A stretch of DNA of 63,862 nucleotides, the filler included. It is 6 parts of 6 records of this genome, joined end to end, with 100 filler letters (N's around TTAATTAATTAA, not from the genome) between each part and the next. Parts side by side here need not be neighbours in the genome. Positions count along the whole stretch, not along the records: positions 36,098 to 45,584 come from SRR20825019_1969; positions 45,685 to 55,797 come from SRR20825019_1971; 4 more parts are not named here. One strand, 5' to 3'. The notes under the pieces are model-generated. The model made no database searches. It was given only the letters and a program-made list of their open reading frames with translations, and had not been told where the DNA came from. This document shows, piece by piece, positions 40,701 through 49,199 of this stretch (position 1 is the first letter of the stretch; the number at the start of each line of letters is the position of its first letter). The position numbers and the translations under genes are program-made.

Positions 40701-41204
40701 TTTGGAGGTTTCAACAGTGTTTGGAGGTATAAAAACTTTTCATTATCTGCTCAATTTAGCTATTCAATCGGCAACGAATTGTTTTGGTTTTCTCAATTAA
40801 GAGCTATCAATTTTACCAATCCATATTTAGCAGAAAACAAAACTGTAGATGTATTAAATGCATGGACACCTACTAATCCTACAAATCAACCTCGTATGGT
40901 TTATAATGACCCTAATGATAATGATAGATCATCAAGCTATTATGTCTATGATGCATCCTACTTACGATTAAATACACTCAACCTTCGATACAATATTCCA
41001 CAAGCCGCTATCGATAACATCGGTTTTATAAATTCTATTGCCATATACGGTATTGCACAAAATTTATGGACTCTTACAAATTACCCAGGAGCCAATCCAC
41101 AGGGAGGGACTTTGTTTAACAACGATATCTCTGGATCTGGAAGGGATACCAACAGGTTCCCTCCACAAAAGTCATTTACAATCGGTTTAAATATTGGATT
41201 CTAA
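37746..41204 (+). CDS. SusC/RagA TonB-dependent transducer with N-terminal STN signalling domain
   Basis: STN extension, [67 protein letters not shown], C-terminal GLNIGF. Confidence 0.95.
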   Translation: [1152 protein letters not shown]

Positions 41205-41216
41205 AAAAACACTATT

Positions 41217-42560
41217 ATGAAAAATCTATTAATAATTATTTCTTTAAGTTGGTTCTTTTCTTCATGTAATTTAGCAGATTCCATAGATCAAGATCCGCCA
41301 AATAACATAGTTCCAGAAAATGTAGTACAAAATGAAGACGATGCCCGTGCTTTATTAAATGGTACCTATAGTAACATCGTCTCACGTACAAACTCGTATT
41401 ACTATATGTATTCAGAAACCATTCCTAGCGCTTTAATAGGTACTATGAGTAGAGCTGGTTCTGGTACTGACGACACTGATTTTTTTGATAACAATATTCA
41501 ATCAGATAATCCTACTGTTAAAAATTATTGGTTGGTATTTTATACTGTAATCGATGCTGCCAATAATGCTATTAAAGAAACTTCTGAACTTGGTAGTGAA
41601 GAAATTTCTTCGGAGGATAGAAATGAAATTATCGGAGAAGCAAAATTTTTAAGAGCCATGGCTACTTTTGATGCTTTACGCTATTTTGGACAATTCTATG
41701 ACCGTACAAGTAATTTAGGGATCATCATTAGGACTGAACCTGTTAATTTTACCACTAGATCAATAAAGAGAAGTACTGTTGAAGAATCCTATCAACAAAT
41801 TTTATCAGATTTAGATGATGCTATTGTTAACGCACCAGAATTTACTGTTTCATATAGAGGATCGCGCTTGGCTGCAATGGCATTAAAAGCTAGAGTACTC
41901 CTTTATATGGGAGAATATAGTGAAGCAGCTATTACAGCCGATAACGTAATTAACAATGGAGCTCGTAATTTAGAAACTACTTTTTCTGAAGTATTTGATA
42001 AAGGTATTTCTTCTTTAGAAGGCATATTTATTACCTACAGAGACGCATCATCGGATACCGAAGAAAACAACAGAAAACAATTTTATGCGGGAAGGGTTGA
42101 AGAAGGATGGTTTACTAATTTTATGGAAAACGACCCTAGACAACCTGTTACGTATAGTGAGTCCAATGTTTTAAAAACAAATAATAAAACAAGCTTCCGC
42201 CCTACTTTCTTTTTTAGATTAGCAGAAATGTACCTAATTAAAGCCGAAGGTATTGCAAAAAGTTCTAACGACATAGAAACTGCTAAACAAGCACTTAACG
42301 TTATCAAAGAAAGAGCTGGTGTAAATCCTTCTACTGCTTCAACTATTGCAGAATTAAACGATGACATTTTTGAGGAATATATTAAAGAAATGTCTTTTGA
42401 GAATGGTTCAGATTGGTTTGCTGGCATCCGTTTTGAGAAAGTAATGGATCTAAAAACTAATTTAAATTCAAGTAATCAATACATATTACCAATTCCTGTC
42501 TCAGAAATAGAAGGGAATGAATTGTTAACCTTAGCAGATCAAAACCCAGGTTATGAATAA
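41217..42560 (+). CDS. SusD/RagB lipoprotein
   Basis: Lipobox FSSC; GEAKFLRA, ALKARVLLY, FRLAEMYLIKAE, LPIP..E, QNPGY. Confidence 0.93.
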   Translation: MKNLLIIISLSWFFSSCNLADSIDQDPPNNIVPENVVQNEDDARALLNGTYSNIVSRTNSYYYMYSETIPSALIGTMSRAGSGTDDTDFFDNNIQSDNPTVKNYWLVFYTVIDAANNAIKETSELGSEEISSEDRNEIIGEAKFLRAMATFDALRYFGQFYDRTSNLGIIIRTEPVNFTTRSIKRSTVEESYQQILSDLDDAIVNAPEFTVSYRGSRLAAMALKARVLLYMGEYSEAAITADNVINNGARNLETTFSEVFDKGISSLEGIFITYRDASSDTEENNRKQFYAGRVEEGWFTNFMENDPRQPVTYSESNVLKTNNKTSFRPTFFFRLAEMYLIKAEGIAKSSNDIETAKQALNVIKERAGVNPSTASTIAELNDDIFEEYIKEMSFENGSDWFAGIRFEKVMDLKTNLNSSNQYILPIPVSEIEGNELLTLADQNPGYE

Positions 42561-42671
42561 TTAACCGTATAAACAGTACTCTCAATTTTATTTATTTGAA
42601 TTCGTATTTCGTACCTAAAGACATTAGCGTCTTTGGGTATGGAATACATCTAAAAATCAAAAAAACTCATT

Positions 42672-45494
42672 ATGAAATATATCTTAATACTTTTTGTATT
42701 GTGCTTCAGTATAGGAAATGCACAACAAAAAAATAATAACTTTAAAAACCTCAGTGCAGAGATTCCTTTTGACCCTTCTGTAAAAAGAGGCACCTTAGAA
42801 AACGGACTTACATATTATTTAAAAAAGAATGAAAAACCTAGTGGTAAAGCTGAGCTAAGATTGGTTATAGATGCAGGTTCTATTTTAGAAAATCCAGATC
42901 AATTGGGCTTAGCTCACTTTATTGAGCATATGGCTTTTAATGGCACAAAATCTTTTGAAAAAAATGATTTAATAGATTACTTACAAAGTATCGGGGTTGC
43001 TTTTGGGGCTGACTTAAATGCTCATACAAGTTTTGATGAGACCGTTTATAAATTAACAGTTCCTACAGACACCAATAATTTTTTTGAAACTAGCTTACAA
43101 ATTTTAAGAGAATGGGCAGATGGAGTCACTTTTGATCCATCAGAAATAGATAAAGAACGTGGCGTTGTTGCAGAAGAATTAAGAGCTAGAAACAATGCAA
43201 ATTCTAGATTATACGACCATACTATTGGCGCTATGACAAATAATTCTAGATATGCAGATCGATTACCTATTGGAAATTTAGACGTTATTTTAAATTCAAA
43301 ATATGAATCGCTAACTAATTTTTATAAAGATTGGTATCGTCCCGATTTAATGGCAGTTATTATTGTAGGAGATATTGATATTACTAAAACTGAGAAAAGT
43401 ATTAAAAAACATTTCAGTTCTCTAAAATCATCCAATAAGGATATTCGTCCTAGAAAGAGGTATTCTATTCCTACAAATGAAGAGCCTGTTATAAAAGTAG
43501 CCACAGATAAAGAAGCTAGAAATGTAAATCTCTCTCTGTATTACAAAAAAGATTCACAAACAACTACTACTTTAGAAGATTATAAACAATTACTTATTAG
43601 ATCTTTATTTTCTGGAATGCTTAAGGAGCGTCTTGCTGAAATTGAGTTAGAAAAAAACACGCCTATTTTGTCTTCCACTGCAGGCTTAGGAAGTTTTTTA
43701 GCAGATAAAGAGTCATTCTATGTAAGAGGAATCTTGAAGGAGAATCAAATAGAAGAAGGTGTTTCTGTTTTACTAAGAGAAAATATAAGAATTAAAAAAC
43801 ATGGTTTTACTGAGACTGAATTAAAGAGGTACAAAGCATTTCTTTTAAATAATGCATTATTATTTGAAAAGGAAAAAGGAAAAATTCCTTCTAAATATTA
43901 CGTAGAAGAATTAATAGATAATTTTACTTATAGCGATCCTTTCCCTGGAGAAAGCTTTAGATACAACTTCTATAAAGAGATACTTCCTTCTATTACGCTT
44001 GCAGATATTAATAAACTTGGAAAGGAATGGGTTGTAAGTAAAGGATTGAGTATTATTTTAAAAGCACCTGAAAAAGAAGGGCTTGATATTCCTTCAGAAG
44101 GAACAATAAAACAACTGTTGAGTAAAATTGAAACGGAGAGTATAGAGCCTTATATAGACTCTTTAGCAAAAAAAGAAATCGCCATTACAATTGATAAAGA
44201 AGGGGAAATTATTGATAGTTCTTATAATAAGAAAATAAACGTTTCTAAATGGAAATTAGAAAATGGCATTACAATTATTGCAAAACCTACTACACTTCAA
44301 AATGACTTAATTTCTCTTAGCGGATTTCGCCCAGGAGGGAGTTCGTTAGCTGCAGATTCCATATATGTTTCAGCAAGAAATGCAGGAAGTATTATAGGTT
44401 CAAGCGGAATACTAAATATATCTGGGTTAGAATTAGAGAAACTTAATATGGGAAAAACCATTTCCTTAACTCCTTTTATAAATTTTTATGAAGAGTTATT
44501 TTCAGGAAGTAGCACTGCTGAAGAGCTAGAACGTATGCTTACAATGTTACATTTATATTTTACAAACCCTAATAAGGATATATTACAATTTGAAGCGGAC
44601 AAGCAACGTATGATTGCTGGCACTAAAAATGACTCACTAAATCCTGATACTGTATTTGATAATGAGATTAGTCGAATTATGACGAATAATCACCTAAGAG
44701 GTATTCCTATTACCGAAAAACAGATAGAAAATGAATTAAATTTAGATACTGCTTTTGATTTTTATAAAAACCGTTTTTCATCTGCCAATGGTTTCACTTT
44801 TATTTTTGTAGGAAGTTTTGACCTTCAAAAGCTTAAAGAATTGAGTAAAAAATATTTAGGAACACTTCCTTCAAATCAAACTGAAAAAAGTGATTGGAAG
44901 GATATTGGATTACGCAGAATTATAGGGGTACATAAAAATACTATTCTAAAAGGAAACGAAAATAAATCAAAGGTAGATATAAGATATACTGGAACCCTTG
45001 ACTATACATTAGAAAAAGAACTCTCCATTAGTCTTTTAGGAGATTTATTAAAAATAAAACTTACTGAAGAATTAAGAGAAAGTATGTCTGGAGTTTATGG
45101 TGTTCAAGCTTCTGGGTATTCTACTGATACTCCGTATAATTGGTATCGAATGCATATACGCTTTACCTGTGCTCCTGAAAACAGAGATGTCTTAATAAAT
45201 AAGGTACATGAAGTAATAGCTGATATTAAAAAAAAGGGGGCTTCTGAAAAGGACGTAAAAAAAATTATAGAAACAAGGATTAATCGCGCTAAAGATGGAT
45301 TAAAATATAATCAATATTGGAGTTCAAAGCTTAAAAGTGCAGAGATATACAATTGGAATCCTGAAGATATTTTGGATTATAAGAAGAATTTAGAAAAAGT
45401 AGACTCTAATTACTTTAAAAAAGCAGCCAACACATATTTTAATAATGATAATTATGTAGAAACAATTTTAATTCCTGAGAATCTTAATCAATAG
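42672..45494 (+). CDS. M16 zinc metallopeptidase (PqqL-like, four-domain), secreted
   Basis: Signal peptide; GTLENGLTYY, GLAHFIEHMAFNG (inverted HxxEH), LNAHTSFDETVY, KERGVV.EE, FYKDWYRPD, LRE..SGVY. Confidence 0.92.
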   Translation: MKYILILFVLCFSIGNAQQKNNNFKNLSAEIPFDPSVKRGTLENGLTYYLKKNEKPSGKAELRLVIDAGSILENPDQLGLAHFIEHMAFNGTKSFEKNDLIDYLQSIGVAFGADLNAHTSFDETVYKLTVPTDTNNFFETSLQILREWADGVTFDPSEIDKERGVVAEELRARNNANSRLYDHTIGAMTNNSRYADRLPIGNLDVILNSKYESLTNFYKDWYRPDLMAVIIVGDIDITKTEKSIKKHFSSLKSSNKDIRPRKRYSIPTNEEPVIKVATDKEARNVNLSLYYKKDSQTTTTLEDYKQLLIRSLFSGMLKERLAEIELEKNTPILSSTAGLGSFLADKESFYVRGILKENQIEEGVSVLLRENIRIKKHGFTETELKRYKAFLLNNALLFEKEKGKIPSKYYVEELIDNFTYSDPFPGESFRYNFYKEILPSITLADINKLGKEWVVSKGLSIILKAPEKEGLDIPSEGTIKQLLSKIETESIEPYIDSLAKKEIAITIDKEGEIIDSSYNKKINVSKWKLENGITIIAKPTTLQNDLISLSGFRPGGSSLAADSIYVSARNAGSIIGSSGILNISGLELEKLNMGKTISLTPFINFYEELFSGSSTAEELERMLTMLHLYFTNPNKDILQFEADKQRMIAGTKNDSLNPDTVFDNEISRIMTNNHLRGIPITEKQIENELNLDTAFDFYKNRFSSANGFTFIFVGSFDLQKLKELSKKYLGTLPSNQTEKSDWKDIGLRRIIGVHKNTILKGNENKSKVDIRYTGTLDYTLEKELSISLLGDLLKIKLTEELRESMSGVYGVQASGYSTDTPYNWYRMHIRFTCAPENRDVLINKVHEVIADIKKKGASEKDVKKIIETRINRAKDGLKYNQYWSSKLKSAEIYNWNPEDILDYKKNLEKVDSNYFKKAANTYFNNDNYVETILIPENLNQ

Positions 45495-45584
45495 AACCAT
45501 ATTTTAAATTTCATTTTTTCATATCATTTTATCAATAAAAGAAGGAGGTTTTATCTCCGACAAAATACTTACTTTTAAAAGTAT

Positions 45585-45684
45585 NNNNNNNNNNNNNNNN
45601 NNNNNNNNNNNNNNNNNNNNNNNNNNNNTTAATTAATTAANNNNNNNNNNNNNNNNNNNNNNNNNNNNNNNNNNNNNNNNNNNN
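45585..45684. other. Artificial contig linker
   Basis: N44-TTAATTAATTAA-N44. Confidence 0.99.
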
Positions 45685-45713
45685 AGCGCGTCTACCAATT
45701 CCGCCACTCGAGC
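45685..45713 (-). tRNA. tRNA-Leu, 5' fragment (truncated)
   Basis: Reverse complement is GCTCGAG-TGGCGGAATTGGTAGACGCGCT, a Leu-type D arm; anticodon missing. Bacteroidetes -7 element TATTTTTG upstream (45724-45731). Confidence 0.75.
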
Positions 45714-45801
45714 AAACGGGAGGCAAAAATAAACAAATAATTGTAATTAACTGAAAATTTATAAAAGGTATTTTTTTTAAAATGGGCTCACTATAAATTT
45801 T

Positions 45802-45809
45802 TACCTTTG
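45802..45809 (+). promoter_or_regulatory. Bacteroidetes -7 promoter element of prs
   Basis: TACCTTTG matches TAnnTTTG, 24 nt before the ATG. Confidence 0.65.
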
Positions 45810-45832
45810 CAACTTAATCAAACCTTAACATT

Positions 45833-46771
45833 ATGCCAATCATCGCACCAGACCCCAAGATTTTTGCCTGTAAACAAAGCGAGTCGCTCGCAATAGATAT
45901 CGCGAAAGCGTATGGAATACCTTTGGGAAATGTAATAACATCTCACTATAGCGATGGTGAATTTCAACCTTCCTTTGAAGAGTCTGTTCGTGGAAGCCGT
46001 GTTTTTTTAATAGGATCTACCTTTCCAAATAGCGACCATTTAATGGAGCTTTTGTTAATGATTGATGCTGCGAAACGCGCTTCTGCACGTCATATTACAG
46101 CTGTATTGCCTTATTTTGGCTGGGCAAGACAAGATAGAAAAGACAAGCCTCGTGTTCCAATTGCAGCAAAATTAGTAGCTAAAATGCTTGAAACTGCAGG
46201 TGCAACTCGAATTATTACTATGGATCTACATGCAGACCAAATTCAAGGGTTTTTTGAAAAACCTGTAGATCATCTTTTTGCTTCCACCATCTTTTTACCA
46301 TACTTAAGAAGCTTAAATCTTGAAAACCTTACCATAGCTTCTCCAGATATGGGTGGTTCAAAAAGAGCGTATGCGTATTCTAAATTTTTAGAAAGTGATG
46401 TAGTAATCTGCTACAAACAGCGCGAAAAAGCGAATGTAATTTCATATATGGAATTGATTGGTGATGTAAAAGGTAAAAACGTAGTACTTGTTGATGATAT
46501 GGTTGATACCGCCGGAACACTTACCACTGCTGCAGATTTAATGATGGAACGTGGCGCTTTAAGTGTTCGTGCTGTTTGTACGCATCCACTTCTCTCAGGA
46601 AATGCGTATGAACGTATTGAAAAATCACAGATGCTTGAGTTAATTGTATCAGATTCAATTCCTACAAAACCACATAGTAAAATACGTGTAATAAGTTGTG
46701 CGGAACTTTTTGCTGAAGTTATGTTGAGCGTTAATGCCAATAAGTCTATCAGCTCCAAGTTTTTAATGTAA
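45833..46771 (+). CDS. prs: Ribose-phosphate pyrophosphokinase
   Basis: SDGE, PYFGWARQDRK, MDLHADQIQGFF, SPDMGG, LVDDMVDTAGTL. Confidence 0.96.
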   Translation: MPIIAPDPKIFACKQSESLAIDIAKAYGIPLGNVITSHYSDGEFQPSFEESVRGSRVFLIGSTFPNSDHLMELLLMIDAAKRASARHITAVLPYFGWARQDRKDKPRVPIAAKLVAKMLETAGATRIITMDLHADQIQGFFEKPVDHLFASTIFLPYLRSLNLENLTIASPDMGGSKRAYAYSKFLESDVVICYKQREKANVISYMELIGDVKGKNVVLVDDMVDTAGTLTTAADLMMERGALSVRAVCTHPLLSGNAYERIEKSQMLELIVSDSIPTKPHSKIRVISCAELFAEVMLSVNANKSISSKFLM

Positions 46772-46849
46772 ACCCCAAACACTAAAGTTGGGGTTTCTAT
46801 TAATCTCAAAAAAAACGCAAACGCAAAACGTATATTTAAAATAAAAATT

Positions 46850-46857
46850 TATCTTTG
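46850..46857 (+). promoter_or_regulatory. Bacteroidetes -7 promoter element of rplY
   Basis: TATCTTTG, followed by a leader hairpin TCCCTAAAAA-CAGCT-TTTTAGGGA. Confidence 0.6.
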
Positions 46858-46914
46858 CACTCCCTAAAAAACAGCTTTTTAGGGATTTTTATTAATAAAT
46901 AATTTTAAGAAAAA

Positions 46915-47550
46915 ATGAAATCTATTACAATTAAAGGATCACAAAGAGAAAGCGTGGGCAAAAAGGCAACGAAAGCCCTACGTAATGCTGGAATGGTTCC
47001 TTGCGTAGTTTACGGAGGGGATGAGCCAATTAGTTTTTCAGCAGAAGAAATTGCATTCAAAAACTTGGTTTATACTCCAGATGTACACACTGTTGTAATT
47101 GACTTAGGCGGCAATAAAATTAATGCTGTGCTTCAAGATATCCAATTTCACCCAGTTACTGACCGTATTCTTCACATTGATTTTTACCAAATTTTCGATG
47201 ATAAAGAAGTTAGTATGGAAATTCCAGTTCGTATCACCGGTAACTCTCGTGGTGTTCGTAATGGTGGGGTTTTACGTATTGTATCTCGTAAACTTCGTGT
47301 GAAAGCTATTCCAGAAAATCTTCCAGATTTTATTGAAGCAGACATTACAGAAATGCGTATTGGTAACAAAATGTACGTTACTGCTGTTCAAAACGACGCA
47401 TACAAAATATTACACACAGATAATACTGTAATCTGTCAAGTTAGAACTTCTCGTACTGCAATTGCAGATGTTGAAGATGACGAAGCAGAAGAAGGAGAAG
47501 CTGCTGCTGAAGGTGGAGCAGAAACTGCTGAAGCTACTGCTGAAGCATAA
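46915..47550 (+). CDS. rplY: 50S ribosomal protein L25/CTC
   Basis: [30 protein letters not shown], acidic Glu/Ala tail. Confidence 0.96.
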   Translation: MKSITIKGSQRESVGKKATKALRNAGMVPCVVYGGDEPISFSAEEIAFKNLVYTPDVHTVVIDLGGNKINAVLQDIQFHPVTDRILHIDFYQIFDDKEVSMEIPVRITGNSRGVRNGGVLRIVSRKLRVKAIPENLPDFIEADITEMRIGNKMYVTAVQNDAYKILHTDNTVICQVRTSRTAIADVEDDEAEEGEAAAEGGAETAEATAEA

Positions 47551-47572
47551 TAACTTCTTTTTAAATATAACT

Positions 47573-47606
47573 AAAAAGCACCCCATTAATTCGGGGTGCT
47601 TTTTTT
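47573..47606 (+). terminator. Intrinsic terminator after rplY
   Basis: AAAAAGCACCCC-ATTAATTC-GGGGTGCTTTTTTT. Confidence 0.8.
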
Positions 47607-47631
47607 ATTTTTACAGAATATTGACAGTACG

Positions 47632-48264
47632 ATGTTATCATTTTTTAAAAAAATATTTAAGGCAAATGCTGCCAACCCCATTTCAGAAGAAGATGCAATG
47701 AAAAAATTTCTTATTGTAGGCCTTGGAAACATTGGTCCAAAGTATGAAAATACACGCCATAATATTGGCTTTAAAGTATTAGACTTTTATGCGGAAAAAA
47801 ATTCCCTTTTATGGGAAACAGCCAAGCTAGGTGATGTTACTTCACATAAACTGAAAGGAAGAACCTTTGTTTTTCTTAAGCCAAGTACATTTATGAATTT
47901 AAGCGGAAAAGCTGTGAAATATTGGCTAGAGAAGGAGAAAATACCACTTGAAAACCTGCTTGTAATCACAGACGATTTAAACCTTGCTTTTGGTACCATT
48001 CGTATAAAAACTAAAGGAAGTGACGGTGGTCACAATGGTTTGAAAGATATTCAGAATACACTACAAACCACAAATTACAATCGTTTTCGTTTTGGTATTA
48101 GCGATGCTTTTGCAAAAGGGAGACAAGTAGATTATGTTTTGGGCGAATGGGAAGCTGAAGAAGAAAAATCTCTTCCAGAAAGATTCCAGTTAAGTTGTAA
48201 TATTATAGAATCATTCGCACTTGCGGGAATAAACATCACGATGAACACATTTAACGGTAAATAA
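47632..48264 (+). CDS. pth: Peptidyl-tRNA hydrolase
   Basis: LIVGLGN.G..Y.NTRHNIGF, KPSTFMNLSG, GGHNGLK. Alternative start at 47698. Confidence 0.95.
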   Translation: MLSFFKKIFKANAANPISEEDAMKKFLIVGLGNIGPKYENTRHNIGFKVLDFYAEKNSLLWETAKLGDVTSHKLKGRTFVFLKPSTFMNLSGKAVKYWLEKEKIPLENLLVITDDLNLAFGTIRIKTKGSDGGHNGLKDIQNTLQTTNYNRFRFGISDAFAKGRQVDYVLGEWEAEEEKSLPERFQLSCNIIESFALAGINITMNTFNGK

Positions 48265-48266
48265 TT

Positions 48267-49199
48267 TTGAAGAAATATTTGGCAGCCTCAGCATATAAAA
48301 ATGAACGTCAAAGTGTCGTAACTATTGGAACTTTTGATGGTGTTCATATTGGTCATAAAGCCATTTTGAAGCGTTTGGTTGAAACAGCTAAAAAGGAAGA
48401 TTTAGATGCTGTAGTGCTTACTTTTTTTCCACATCCACGAATGGTGCTTCAGCAAAAATCGGATATTAAACTCATAAATACGATTGATGAACGTACAATT
48501 CTTCTTGAAAAAACAGGACTCGATCATTTAGTGATTCACCCATTTACACACGCTTTTTCACGTTTAACAGCTTTGGAATATGTGCGCGATATTTTGGTAA
48601 ACAGTTTAAAAGCCAAAAAAGTAATTATTGGCTACGATCATCGTTTTGGAAGAAATAGGGTCGCAAATATTGAAGATTTAAAGGAATTTGGAAAAACGTA
48701 TAATTTTGAAGTAGAAGAAATTTCTGCTAAAGAAATTGATGATGTTGCAATAAGCTCTACGAAAATCCGAAAAGCTTTAAATGAAGGAGATGTTGAAACT
48801 GCAAACAATTATTTAGGCTATAATTTTATGATTTCTGGTGAAATTGTAAAAGGAAAAGCAATTGGCCGCACTATTAATTACCCTACGGCTAATTTAAAAT
48901 TAAAAGAGGACTATAAATCAATTCCAAAAAACGGAGTTTATGTGGTTCAGGCTATAATTGAAGGCGAAAAAATATTTGGAATTACGAGCATTGGCACCAA
49001 CCCAACTGTTGGTGGAAAAGAAAAAACAATAGAAACCTTTTTCCTAAACTTCAATAAAGATTTATATAAAACGGAGGTTACCATTGAGTTTTTGAAACAT
49101 ATTCGTGACGAGAAAAACTTCGAATCTATTGAAGTGTTAAGACAAGAAATTTTAAAAGACGAGCATTTTGCGAAGCAATATCTAAAAGAACGTGAATAA
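48267..49199 (+). CDS. ribF: Bifunctional riboflavin kinase/FAD synthetase
   Basis: TIGTFDGVHIGH, GYDHRFG, ISSTKIR, GRTINYPTAN, GTNPT, IRDEKNF. Confidence 0.95.
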   Translation: MKKYLAASAYKNERQSVVTIGTFDGVHIGHKAILKRLVETAKKEDLDAVVLTFFPHPRMVLQQKSDIKLINTIDERTILLEKTGLDHLVIHPFTHAFSRLTALEYVRDILVNSLKAKKVIIGYDHRFGRNRVANIEDLKEFGKTYNFEVEEISAKEIDDVAISSTKIRKALNEGDVETANNYLGYNFMISGEIVKGKAIGRTINYPTANLKLKEDYKSIPKNGVYVVQAIIEGEKIFGITSIGTNPTVGGKEKTIETFFLNFNKDLYKTEVTIEFLKHIRDEKNFESIEVLRQEILKDEHFAKQYLKERE

